A stretch of DNA of 64,000 nucleotides from contig NC_045696.1 in the NCBI RefSeq assembly GCF_009834535.1, forward strand, positions 57,290,001 to 57,354,000. The letters are read 5' to 3'. Position 1 is the first letter of the stretch, and each line of letters starts with the position of its first letter. A program made the position numbers and the translations under genes. The notes beneath the pieces are model-generated. The model saw only the letters and a list, made by a program, of their open reading frames with translations. It had not been told where the DNA came from and did not search any database. Source of the stretch: Camelus ferus (taxonomy: Eukaryota). Shown here piece after piece: positions 13,502-26,009 of the stretch.

Positions 13502-13678
13502 TCTTTTTTTTTTTTTTTACAGATTTTTAAAAATATTTTTGAGTGAGTGAGTGAGTGATTGATGGTGGGGGGGGTGTAATTAGGTTTATTTCTGTATTTT
13601 TAGAGAACGTACTGGGGATTGAACCCAGGACTTTGCGCATGCTAAGCATGTGCTTTACCAATTGAGCCCTCTCCCCTT
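13502..13678 (-). mobile_element. Vic-1-like SINE
   Basis: poly-T, gtaattaggttt, then gtactggggattgaacccaggac...catgctaagcatg. Confidence 0.85.
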
Positions 13679-14196
13679 CTCTATTTTATTTTTTATAACT
13701 GCATGTTATTCTATGATTATCTCACTCCCTCACCTTCTACTCTTGAAGGATATTTTCCTGAATATAGAATTCTGAGTTGGCAGTTCTCTCCTTTAAGCAC
13801 TTGAAAGATTTTGTTCCACTATCTGTCTTCCTTGGTTTCCGATGAGAAATCTAAAGTCATTTGATCTGGTCTAATTGTCTAATTGATTCATCTTTCTGTT
13901 TATAGACTATGTTTCAACAATCTCACTAAAGAAAATATCCCCTACTCCGAGTCACAAAGATATTGACACACATTTTCTCTTAATATTTCCAAAGTTTCAT
14001 TTTTGACTAATACTTCTGGACTATTTTTCTATGGTATAAAATGTAAATCATTTTCCAGCTGTGGTAGAGACGTGGGGGATTAACCTCATTTGTCTGAGAC
14101 CGTTACAGCAAACACAAGCCCCTTGAAAACACTGCTTTCCAGTTAAATGAATGACTTCATCAGTGTCTTCTTTCTCATAAAGGCTTTCTTTGCCAG

Positions 14197-14314
14197 ATGT
14201 CAGCACCCCTGATGAACAAAATGGCCCAAGAGAACCCCCAGCCAGATCCTTTTATCTATGTGGATGATTCCAGCATGAACTCCCAGGATGATTCACAGTT
14301 ACTGGCTGGTCCCA
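14197..14314 (+). CDS. ARGFX: ARGFX first coding exon: (MSAPL)MNKMAQENPQPDPFIYVDDSSMNSQDDSQLLAGP
   Basis: Acceptor ttctttgccag|, donor ccca|gtgagt (phase 1, matches next exon); ENPQPDPFI matches the recalled human ARGFX N-terminus; in-frame ATGs at 14197, 14212, 14221. Confidence 0.85.
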
Positions 14315-14614
14315 GTGAGTATAACTCTCCTCCACTCTTGCCCTCTTTACACGGGGCCCTGTAATTATATTTTGAATTTGTTCTGAAACAGCTTTTTTTT
14401 TCAAAAGTCTATTTTAAAAATATTCCCATCATAAAAGGGGAAGCTATCAATTTCATATCAAGGTCAAGTGCCTTTGGCTCCTGCTTGACCAAATTATGAT
14501 ACATAAGCTAAGAACACAAGATACAGAACAAGTAAGAATGTTTTTCTAGGAGAGAAGGACTGAAGCATAGAGAGATAGAAATACAGAAAGCTCCCTTCCC
14601 AGAGCAGGATACAA

Positions 14615-14855
14615 TCCTGACACCAATTCCAATATGTGGACATTTTCCCCATACAGAGCAATTCTCGTGACACCAGCTGAGTATCCTACAATTCAACTCA
14701 ATTCTCACGCTCCCCAGAAAAAGCATCAGGTCCCACAGGTTAAGGGCTCAGTCCACAAGACTCCTTGCACTTTCGATGCCAATCACAAATCCAGATTGTC
14801 ACCTGTGCTTCTGACCAACTGGCTATAAATCAGAGGTTCTCATGATCCCCTCTTT
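14615..14855. mobile_element. MER21-like LTR fragment
   Basis: cccacaggttaagggctcagtccacaagact...cttctgaccaactggctataaatc matches recalled MER21. Confidence 0.7.
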
Positions 14856-14889
14856 GGCAATAGTTCTTCAGACTTGGCTCAGAGCTATT

Positions 14890-15550
14890 TGGCTTTTTGC
14901 GGGTCTTCCCAGAGGGTGGAGTTTTTCTGTTAATTTGCCACTCTGGGTCACAAGAGATTCATTAATATTTATTTTCTATTTTGCAGAGGATTCTAAGAAT
15001 GCACAATTGTTCCACTGTTTCTTGCTGCATTTTGACCTTGTTCCTTTCCTACCACTCTGTCATGTTCCAAGTCACACTTATCACCAACCAGAATCTCTAG
15101 AACATCATCAGTGTCCTTAACTGTTCTCTGTTTTCCCAGATCTTGTAAATCATTGAATGTGGACTGTGATATGATGGAATAAAATAAAGCAAAGTTTTGT
15201 CGCCCCCTTATCACTGAAATATTGTAGTATCCAATATTTCAGGTGTATACTCTTGTGCATCTACTTCAACTTGCTCTCTGTAAGACTATTCTATCATAGA
15301 ATCACATTTTCAACAAAAATTCCTTGAATAAACTGTACAGTCAGAGCTGATTTTCCAACGCCTCGTGAACCAAGAACCACTAGCTTATACTTACATATGG
15401 TGCAAACTTGTATAAGCTAGTACCTCTCACACTGTCACCTGGTCCCTGCAGCCAGCATTGCCCAGTGCCTCATGCTCCCTTTGGGTCATTCGGCTACTCC
15501 TGCCACCAAGACTGTCCAGCCGCTGCAGCCACTGTGACTGGTTTACAAAT
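14890..15550 (-). pseudogene. RAP1B: RAP1B processed pseudogene (5' UTR plus disrupted CDS, no 3' UTR)
   Basis: Intronless; minus strand gives [53 protein letters not shown]. Start ATG is ATA (15398); frameshifts, stop and loss of switch II. DTDDV and VDAQ favour RAP1B over RAP1A. Confidence 0.9.
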
Positions 15551-15650
15551 CTGACTCTGGTCAAAGTTTGGCCTCTCTTCCCAGTTTTGGACTCAGCTTT
15601 TCAAGCTCAGTAAAAATTTCTGCTGAGATGTCGATTAAGATTAAATTGAA

Positions 15651-15738
15651 GTGGAGGGTGGCTATAGCTCAGTGGTAGAGTGCATGCTTAGCATGCACAA
15701 AATTTGGGTTCAATTCCTAGTACCTTCATTATAAAAAA
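15651..15738 (+). mobile_element. Vic-1-like SINE
   Basis: tatagctcagtggtagagtgcatgcttagcatgcac...ggttcaattcctagtacc plus A tail. Confidence 0.85.
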
Positions 15739-15921
15739 TGGGAAATGGACATTTCTAATGTTCAGATGTTTATTTCAAGAACATAATATACTTCTATATA
15801 TTCAGATCATTTAAGCCCTTTAGTACAATTTTATAGTTTATTTCATATAGTTCCTACATATTTCATTTAGATGCCTTGTTAGGCATTCTATATATTTTGA
15901 TGTTATCGTATATAGGATCCC

Positions 15922-15998
15922 TTTTTTTTTAATGAAGGTCCTGGGGATTGAACCCAAAACTTTGTGCATGATAAGCATGCACTCTACCACTGAATTAT
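15922..15998 (-). mobile_element. Vic-1-like SINE
   Basis: poly-T then ctggggattgaaccca...agcatgcactctaccactga. Confidence 0.8.
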
Positions 15999-16823
15999 GT
16001 TGACATTACATTTTATAGCAACTAATGGTTGCATCTTAATCTTATATTCTTCCAATATGTTTTATAAAATATTACATGTTTATAGTGGATTCTTCAGAGA
16101 GAATTTTATTGTTGTTGCAAATGACACTTTTGCTTCTCCATTATACTACTTATTTCTTACTTATTTTGCCTGGTGCACCAGGACAATGCTGCACAATACC
16201 TATGTTAGAGTGTATTTTTGCCTTTTATTTACTTTAGTTGCAGTGCTATTAATGTTTCTTCATTAAATATTTATTCTTTTTATGCTGAACTCTTTTGGTT
16301 AAGGAAATGCCTTCTATTCATACCTTGTTCAAAGTTTTATCAGAAATGAGTATAGAATTTACAAATTTTTTTGTCATCTTTTGATATGATCATGAAGATG
16401 TATTCCAACTGTTAACGTTAATGTAGTTGATTGTCTTAACATTTTATTCCTTAAAATACAGAAGAGAACAATAAATAATATAACAAGTATCCATAATCTC
16501 ACCACCAAAAAGAAAAAAAACCCTGTTAACATATGAACACATTTTTTTCCAGTTGCTCCTTCCAACTTCATGCTCTAAGTAAATCACACAAGAAATATAT
16601 AGCTTAGTCTCATTTATTAAAAAATAAAATAATAGAAATTAATGAAAGTATTTATTTAATGATCATTCCTACCAGTTCTATGGCACCTCTTTTATTCTCT
16701 GAGGCAGTCACTAAAATAGTTACAATTTTTGTAGTCTACTCTTTATATTTTATACATAAACTATAATTTTTTTAAAGGAAATATATTTCCTATACACATT
16801 ACATAGGAAAATAAGAACTAGTA

Positions 16824-17043
16824 ATTTTTTTTTTTTTTTAGGATTCTTCATTGACCTCTGCTTGGAGGAGGCACTGGGGATCTAACCCTCGACCTCCTGG
16901 GTGCCGAACACACGGTCCACCACCTGAGCCACACCTTTCTCCCAAGCACTAATAATGTGGTTTTTTAAATTTATTGTCTATAAAGCCACACCTTTCCCCC
17001 AAGAACTAGTAATGTGGTTTTTAAAATTTATTGTCTATAAAGC
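16824..17043 (-). mobile_element. Diverged SINE followed by a 57-bp imperfect tandem duplication (16927-17043) of its head and flank
   Basis: poly-T, degenerate tRNA-like body; agccacaccttt...ttgtctataa twice at 57-bp spacing; aagaactagtaat TSD-like at both sides. Confidence 0.65.
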
Positions 17044-17574
17044 TATTAAACTATTTTAAGTGGCAATGTTTTCCTAACTTACACTTGATATGCTGAGGAG
17101 GTTAATAATAAAATACTTATTTGGTGCATATAACATGCCATGCATTATTCTAGTGTTTTGTGTGTATTTATAACTTACATTAATACATTCATGTAATACA
17201 TTACAAACCCTATTATAAAATAGATACTCATAGCATTCCCTTTTTATGCTTAATGAAACTGAAGTGAAGAGTTTAAGCAACCCATTCATGATCACATTCC
17301 TAGAAAAGTACAGTTTATAAGCAAAATTTCTACTGTTACACACAAACAAGTCAGAGATTACTGAATCTCCACTCCAATTCTTCCAGCCACTCACCTTAGC
17401 AAACATAGTTCCTGCCCAAAGCAGTTCCATCTCAGGGTGAACCCCTCTTCTTTTGGAAAAAATAATTGCTGAAGATTGTTTTAAACTTATTTTAACATTT
17501 TATTATACAGAAAATTTCAAATAGAAACAAGAACAGAATAATATACTTACCTTCATGAGTCTATCATTCAATCT

Positions 17575-18060
17575 CAGTAAATACGTATCTCATTTAATAT
17601 AATGTTTTTGAGGTGCATCCATGTTGTAAAATGTATCGGTAATCTGTTCCTTTTATTGCTGAATGGTTTTCCATTGTATGAATATACAACATTTGTATAT
17701 CCTTTCAATAAGGAGATTTGGATTGTTACCAAATTTTGGCAATTACAAGCAATGCTGCTACTAATAGTTGCATATAAATCTTTGCATAGATAAATGTTCT
17801 TATTCTCTTGGGCAGATAGATTCATAGGAAGAAACCGCCGGACAGTTTTTCAAAGTGGCTTTATCATTTTACAGTCTCACCAACAATTTCCAATCACTGT
17901 TTGAGAATTCCAGTTTCTGCACATTCCTTCACATGCCATTTATATATCTTTTTTGGTGAAATGCTTATTCAAATCTTTTAATTAGGATTAAAAGCTTTTT
18001 AATTGGAATGTTGGTCTTCTTATTTTTGAGATAGAAGGTGCAAATCCTTTCAGATACGTG
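17575..18060 (-). mobile_element. LINE-1 ORF2 3' fragment
   Basis: Minus-strand peptide HFTTWMHLKNIILNE is like the L1 ORF2 C-terminus. Confidence 0.7.
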
Positions 18061-19506
18061 ACATTTTCCTGAAGGGTGACCTTTAACATTTCTATAGTGT
18101 AGGTTTACTGGTGATGGATTATTCAACTTCTGTATGTCTGAAGCATCTTTTCACAGATGCTTTTCTGAGGATGGTTTGCCGAAATTTCCAATGTACACCT
18201 GTTGGTGTTTGGGGGGTTCTCCTTGTAACTTAGAACAAAATTCCCAGCGATAGCATTTCATAAACACTTTCCAAAAGTGCTGTATCACAAAAACTTATTT
18301 CAAAGTAAAGATTATGTACCTGATAAAACTACACTGTTTAATTTAAAGAATAGGATCAGAATGTCGATGAAGCTATGGCTGTTTAAAGTCAATGCAAACA
18401 GTTTGAATAGTTTGGTGAAATGTGAGTAGAAAAAATCAGTATTTATAAATGAATATCTTATATATTTGGTTTCAAATACATATATGTGAACTTCAAAAAT
18501 AAATTAGATAGTATAAATTTAGGAATATGTACATTTAAATATGTGATTATATTAAATATATTTTGTTAAAGTTATTTCCATCCATGTACATAAGTGGCAT
18601 TAGTCTTACAGTTTTGTTTATAGTGTTTATTCTTGTCTGGTGTTAGGATTGGTGTTAGGGACTTCAAATACAAGAAGTGAGGCCCAAGTAAAGACTCTTC
18701 TTCCATCTAGTGAAATGGGTGTATAACAGGAGAATTAGCACAGCATTGCCTTGAGTTCTGTAACTTACCTATGTTTTTGTGTGGTTATTAGTCTGCTCAG
18801 TGCCTACAGTCCTTTTTAAGCAAATATTGGTGATCATATTTTCTTAGGAAATTTCCTTCTTCTCTCTATTGTCATTTTTTAAAAATATTTTATAATTTTT
18901 TCAATTGTCTCCACATATTTAGTCATGTCTCATTTCATATGTATCTTTTCCCAGAGGAGTAAATAGAGCTTCAGAAAGCCTGGAAAAGAAAAAAACTCAC
19001 TTGCCAGACAAGATAGACTGGGTTCCTGAATGAATAAATGAAAAGAGGAAACCCATTTTGAAGAGTGTGTTATACTCAGGTGCAGGGGCATGAGGTTTCT
19101 TCCCAGTTTCTAAAAGAAACAGTGTGGAAAAGACAATAAGGGAAGCCCCATCCACTGTCCTGAGGTTAGGCAGGGTAGACAGACCGAGTAAGAGGGAAAA
19201 AGTTTTTTCTGTTTTCAGTGCAGGGAAAACTGAAACACAAGGAAACCAGTTTCCAAAGCAAATAGACTGGGTACATAGAAAATTGAAGAGGTAGAATTTC
19301 CTAGTAGGGAAAAACTAATCTCAGAAAACAGAGGACAGAGCACTGTTACATAGGTCTCAGCCTCCTGGAGTTAAGATCTTTATCTCCTGATTCCAAGCCT
19401 GGGTGGGGGAAGTCATGGGAAATCACAGCTGTGGTTTTCTAGGGGGATTTGAGCCGGAAGTGGACCGTGTTAATGTAACCACCGCCTCTCCATTTCTGCT
19501 CTACAG

Positions 19507-19655
19507 AGAAATGGAAGAAGCATCAAGAACGCACCTCATTTACCCAAACACAGCACAAAGAATTGGAGGCACTGTTTAGCTGCAACATGTTTCCAGATAA
19601 AAATCTCCAGAGAAAACTTGCTTTAAAACTCAACCTACCAGACTCAACAGTAAAG
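19507..19655 (+). CDS. ARGFX: ARGFX homeobox exon (homeodomain residues 1-46)
   Basis: ctctacag|ag...gtaaag|gtctg; KWKKHQERTSFTQTQHKELEALFSCNMFPDKNLQRKLALKLNLPDSTVK, open frame, PRD-class intron between residues 46 and 47. Confidence 0.92.
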
Positions 19656-20426
19656 GTCTGTCTGATCCTCTGAGGTGTACTTTGTACCCTCACCCAAATC
19701 ACATTCTACTGTTCAGCCTGGAAATCCCCTCCATAACACAGCAGTAGTAACACTTCTTTTACTGAGTACCTACTGTGTGCTAGTGCTGAGCTGGGCACAT
19801 TGTATATGTTGCCTTCACTGTCATCCAATTTTGGGAGCAAAGCAACTGGGTCACAGAGATAATATGTAGCGTAATTGGAATTAGAACTCCGGAGGTCTTG
19901 TCCTGCAGAGCTCAAATTAGAGGAAGGGATCTCATCCAGACAGACGCCTCACTTAGGGTCTTCTCAAGCAAAACCCTACAATCTGTTTATTCACGACATT
20001 ACCAACAGACAAATAACTTCCCCCAGCTTCTGAGTCTGCTAAGGCCCCCAGTTTTTGTTAGACTAGTCCTCACTGTACAGGCCTTCTAAAATAAGCATCG
20101 AAAATCCCTCAGTTCAAATTCCTTACCTCTGTCTAGATTTCTGAACTTGCTTCTCTTCTGGAGTTCAGGACACTTTCTCTGAACCCCCAGTATAACCTCT
20201 GAAATGTACCCCCTTTATTTCCTTCTCTTCTCTCTGGGGCCCAGTCCTGATCCCTCACTGTTCCTATTGACTCCATTCATACCTACTTCTGCTCTCTCAG
20301 AACTCAGTATCATGGTGACTTGGAGAGAGGGCATGAAGGTTACAGTTTGGCTTTTTTCACCCAGGAGAAGCCTCAAACTCCTTCTTCAGTAACAGACTAT
20401 AAACTCCTCTCTTCCCCCACTCCCAG

Positions 20427-20834
20427 ATTTGGTTCAGGAATCGGCGGTTCAAAATGAGGAAGCAGCAGCAGCAGCAACAGAAATCACTGAAGCCACCAAA
20501 CCAGATCCTTCCAGCCAAGAACGTGTCAACAGCATCAACAAGTCCTCATTTTTTCCCCCCAACAGTTTCAGATTTCTGTAGCTCCTTCTCACCTCAGCCC
20601 TTAGGCCCTTTCAATTGGGTGGGGGACTCTGTTCTCACTGAGAGTCCTACAAGTGATGTCCAAATCCAAGATCCTCAGTTGGAGAGGCTGGTGGCCTCAG
20701 TTCCTGCTTTGTACTCTGATGCCTATGACATAGCCCAAATCATGGAAATGTACAGTTTTCCTGATGAAGATGAGATAGCCAGCTATTCTTTCCACTCTCT
20801 CTATCAGTATCTCTCACCAACAAGGCCCAGTTAG
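20427..20834 (+). CDS. ARGFX: ARGFX last coding exon: IWFRNRRFKMRKQQQQQQ...LYQYLSPTRPS*
   Basis: Acceptor cactcccag|att; helix 3 WFRNRR has Arg50; ERLVASVPALYSDAYDI matches recalled human ARGFX; total 219 aa from ATG 14212. Confidence 0.92.
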   Translation: MWFRNRRFKMRKQQQQQQKSLKPPNQILPAKNVSTASTSPHFFPPTVSDFCSSFSPQPLGPFNWVGDSVLTESPTSDVQIQDPQLERLVASVPALYSDAYDIAQIMEMYSFPDEDEIASYSFHSLYQYLSPTRPS

Positions 20835-21008
20835 AATAGAGTTCCTCCCTTAGCATCTTTGCAGGTCCAGCTGTAGGTTTACCTCCTGGGCAAACCCGGT
20901 TTAGTACAACAAACTGGAGCTTTGCAGCCTTCATCTTAAGAGAGAGCCTAGAATTCCAGAACCCCTCTAGTAGTGTGGTGGACTTTGGATTTCTCTTATC
21001 AAAGTACT

Positions 21009-21014
21009 AATAAA
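21009..21014 (+). terminator. ARGFX: Candidate ARGFX poly(A) signal
   Basis: aataaa, followed later by T/GT-rich sequence. Confidence 0.45.
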
Positions 21015-21724
21015 TGGCAGATAGCATAGAAAAAGGATCTTGCATCTTGTACATACCTTTTCCTTTTGTCTGCTTCTTAAACCAAACATCTGGTTCAGTG
21101 TAACTTTGATTTCCATGGAAATGTTGTAAAAACTAGTTTTCTCCAAGTATAGCTCAGTAGTACATAACCAGCCCCACAACTCCCCCTGGAAAAGGTCTTT
21201 CTAGTCCCTTAGACAGCCGACGAGGCAACAAAATTCCCTCTTCTCAAAACTATCTTTGACTTTTTAAAAGAAGGCCAGCAGCCTTTCAGGTTCATCCACT
21301 TTTAATGGAAGCAGGTTATAAACTCATATTTTATTTTAAATCTTTAGGTCTAGGATTTTCTAAAGGGTATTTTCGGTCAGAATTTAGGGGGAAATCACCA
21401 TCACTATTAGTTTTAATATAGTATAAGTGCATATGTAGTAAGAAATGTAAGAACTGGCAGAGGAAGAGGAAAAACAGATTTTTTGAAAGAGATGATCGTC
21501 AAGGAAAACCAACAAAATCAACAGTGAAACTTTTAGAATTACAGATAAGCACATTTTCCAGCTACGTAAATAACCTACAAAATTAATAGCATTTCTCAAA
21601 ACCAATCATAAACACGTAATAAAATAAGTACCTCTCAATGAAAAGTATAAAGTATCTACGAATTAACTAAGAAAATTAAGACCTGTACAGAAAACTTTAA
21701 AACTTGAATAAAGTTAGGTTGTTT

Positions 21725-23695
21725 GTTTGCTTTTTAATTGAAGTACAGTTGATTTAAAATGCTGTATTAGTTTCTGGTGTACAGCATGGATGGACTTGGA
21801 GGGCATTATTCGAAGCGAAATAAGTCAGACAGAGAAAAGACAAATATTGTAAGATATCGCATGTGAAATCTAAAAATTACAACAAACTATTGAATATAAC
21901 AGAAAAGAAACAGACTCACAGATGTAGAGACAGAACTAGTGGTTACCAGTGGGGAGAGAGAAGGGGCAACATGAAGGTGGAGGATTAAGAGGTACAAACT
22001 ATCAGGTATAAAATAAGCTACAAGGGGTGGGAAGGGACAGACTGGGAGTTCGAAATTTGTAGATACTGACAGGCATATGCAGAATAGATAAACAAGATTA
22101 TACTGTATAGCACAGGGAAATATATACAAGATCTTGTGGTAGCTCACAGTGAAAAAGAATGTGTATGTTCATGTATAACTGAAAAATTGTGGTCTACACT
22201 GTAAATTGACACAACATTGTAAACTGACTGTAACTCAATAAAAAAAATGTTAAAAATAAAACAAAATAAGCTGCAAGGATGTACTGCACAACATGGGGAA
22301 TATAGCCAATATTTTATAGTAACTATAAATGGAGTATAACCTTTAAAAATTTGTGAATCACTGTATTGTATACCTGTAGCATATAATATACATCACCTAT
22401 ACTTCAATTAAAAAATATATTATAAAATAAATATATAAATAATTTTTTTTAAAAAACATAGGAAATGTTTTGAATAAAAGGCATCTGAAGCCATAAAATA
22501 ATCAACTTAAAAGAGTTAAAATCATATAAAATATGTTCTCCAAACACAATGGAATGAAATTAGAGATCAATAGCAAAAGAAAATTCATGAAACTCACAAA
22601 TGTATGGATATTAAAAACACATTCCTTAAATAACCAATAAGTGAAGAAGAAATCAGAAGGAAAATTAGGAAACATTCCAAGATGAATGGAAACAAAAACA
22701 GAATAAAACAAAACTTATGGGATGATGCAAAATCAGGGCTTATAAGGAAATTTATAGCTGCAAAAGCCTATTTTTAAAGAATAGGATCTCAAACCAACCT
22801 TTTATTAAGCAGGCAGGAAGCTGGCATAGTTATATTAATATCTGTCAAATTAAACTTTAAGGTAAAACAATTTATAGGAAATAAAACTACATTAGACAAG
22901 GATAAAAGGAAACTTAAAAGATACAATAATTCTGAATTTGTATATATTTAACAACATATTCTCAAAATATATAAAGAGAAAATTAACAAAATTCTTAGGG
23001 AAACTTAACAAATACAGGGGGTGAGGGTGTAGCTGAATGGTTAGAGTACATGCTTAGAATGCACAAGGCCCTGGATTCAGTCCCCAGTACCTCCATTAAA
23101 ACAGCTAACTAAATAAATAAACCTAATTACCTACCTCCTGAAAACAAAAACAAAAAACAACTACATAATCATAGTGGATGATTTGAATATAATATTTAAT
23201 AACTGATAGGTCAAATGGATACAAATTTAGTATGGATAGAGATTTAAACTATTCAGTTAATAAGCTTGATTTAATGAAAGTGTGTAGGCTTCTGCATTCA
23301 ACTGGTAGAGAATACACATTCTTCTCAAGCCTATAATGACTACATACTAGACCACAAAGAAAATCTTAACAAACTCAAATAAATCAATAACATACAAACA
23401 GCATTCTTTGATCATAAGGCAATTAGAAGAAACTCCAACCTCTCTATTTAGAAAAGTAAAAAGAACATTTCCAAATAATTAATCAAACATGGAAGAAATT
23501 ATAATGTGAACAATCTGGTAGCACACTTCATATAATAACAATAATTGGATCAACATTCACTGGGGGAAACTAACAGAGATAGTAGCAGTAATGGGTTAGC
23601 ATGTCCTGTTACCCACCACATTCGTGTCATCACAGAGGGATCTTTCAGGGTAGGACTGTGGACCTAGACATGGACCCTTAGGTTGTGATGTTTTC

Positions 23696-23727
<32 letters not shown>

Positions 23728-25290
23728 TAATCACTTGATCTTTTAATAGTCTTTTTTTTTTTAGAGAAGTTTTAAGTTCACAGGAAAACTGAGCAGAAGG
23801 TACAGAGATTTTCCATTTAGCCCCTGCTCCCACATACATTCTGCCTTCCCCACTAACAACCCTAGACCAGATTGGTACATCTGTTATAATTGGTGAACAT
23901 ACAATAATACAGCAGGGGGAAGGGATAAATTAGGAGTTTGAGATTTGCAGATACCAACTAATATATATAAAATAGATAAACAACAAGTTTATACTGTATA
24001 GCACAGAGAACTATATTCAATATCTTGTAGTAACTTATTGTGAAAAAGAACATGAAAACGAATATATGTATGTTCGTGTATGACTGAAGCAGTATGCTGT
24101 ACACCAGAAACTGACACAACATTGTAAACTGACTATACTTCTATATATAAAATAAAGTCTACAAATAACCAATGTTGGTAAGGATGTGGAGAAAAGAGAA
24201 CTCTAGTACACTGTTGGTGGGAATGTAAATTGGTGCAGCCACTGTGAAAAACAGTATGGAGTTTCCTCAAAGAACTAAAAATAGACTTACCATATCTTCC
24301 AGTAATCCCACTCCTGGGTATACATCTGAAAAAAACAAAAACACTAGTTCAAAAAGATACATGCACCCCAGTGTACACAGCAGCACTGTTTACAATAGCC
24401 AAGACATGGAAGCAACCCAAGTGCTTATCTACAGTTGATTGGGTTAAGACTATTTGGTATATATATGCAACAGAATATTACTCAGACATAAAAAATGAAT
24501 TACTGTCATTTGCAGCAATGGACCTAGAGAATATTACTCTTAGTGAAGTGAGTCAGACAGGGTAAGACAAATACTATATGATATCACCTATATGTGGAAT
24601 CTAAAAAATAATACAAATGAATATATATGCAAAACAGAAATAGATTGACAGATATAGAGAACAAACTTGTGTTTACCAAAGGGGAGAGGAAGGTGGGGAG
24701 GGATAAATTAGGGGTATGGGATTAACAGATACAAACTACTATACATATAATAGATAAGTAACAAGGATATACTGTATAGCACAGGGAATTATACCCACTA
24801 TCTTATAACAATCTATGATGAAGTATAATCTGCAAAAATACTGATTCACAACACTGTATACCTGACACTAACACAATATTGTAAATCAACTATACTTCAA
24901 CAAAAAGAAAAGACACTCAACAAACTAGGATAAACTATCAAATCCTTCAACTTGATAAAGGTCATCTACAAAAAGTCCACAGGTAATATCGCACTTAAGG
25001 GTGAAAGACTGAATACTATTCCCCTAAGGTTAGAAACAGGGACCAAGTTTAGGGATGACCGCTCTTACCACTTTCATTCAACATAGTGCTGGAATATCTA
25101 CACAATGCAATAAGGCAAGAAAATGAAATAAAAGGCATCCAAATTCAAAAGGAATAAATAAATATATTTCTATTCACAGAGGGCATGATCTTGTATATAG
25201 AAAATCCTAAGGAATGCACAAGAAAACTATTAGAATTAGTAAACAAGTTCAGCAAAGTTTTAGGATACAAGATCAGTATACAAAATTTTT
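21725..25290 (+). mobile_element. Cluster of nested LINE-1 fragments, with a Vic-1-like SINE at ~23016-23160
   Basis: Multiple L1 3' UTR ends; young L1 tail ~22025-22263 flanked by aaaataagct(a/g)caagg; ORF2 peptide AALFTIAKTWKQPKC at 24371. Confidence 0.8.
23696..23727. repeat. (TGT)n microsatellite
   Basis: about 10 ttg units. Confidence 0.9.
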
Positions 25291-26009
25291 ACAATTTTCA
25301 GCTGCTCATTGCTTACCCCAGATAAATTTTACCTTCACGTGAATATATATGCAGGGAAGAATCCAGAGGAAAGGGGAATTCAGTATCTGTTAATTACAGC
25401 AGAATTTAGCATATATTTTCTAGTCCACACCAGCATTTTGGAGCACTTAGTATGTGCTAGACATATAATAATGGGCTAACTTATTAACACAAAGTCACAC
25501 CAAGTATTATCATTCTCATTTCACAACTGGGAAAATTGAGCTAGAAAGTGGTTAAGTAACTTGGTCAAAGCCACATATATAGAGATTAGCTAACCAGGAT
25601 TACATATTTTCTTTCCTCAGTAAATAGCTGAATGCGTTTCTTTGAAGAGAATGAGATCAAGAAGAGCACCAGCCTGGGAGTTAGAATCACAGCCTTTTCT
25701 CTAGCTCTTCCTCTGGCATGCCGTGTGACCTTGGACAAACACTACTTTCTCTAAATCTCTGTTTCCTCATCTGTAAAAAGAGAGAGTTGGACTAAGTCAT
25801 AGCTAAGCCTCTAAGTCACTCACACTGGACTTAATTTACGCCTGATTTCTGAATTACAAACTCTCCCTTTCCCAACCACCAGGGAAAGAAGAGGGCCTGG
25901 AAAGGACAGCCACTTACTTGTCATGACAAGAAATAGGAGAAACAGAAACAGGACCACATGTCACTTGCACAAGTTGCTTCCTCAGCCAGTGATGGGTTTA
26001 GGTGAAAAG

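Noticed and set aside
14993..15214. 73-aa Ras-like ORF as a functional small GTPase
   Set aside because: Fragment of a retrocopy with lost ATG, frameshifts, stop, no switch II or CAAX; the G12R-like change is irrelevant
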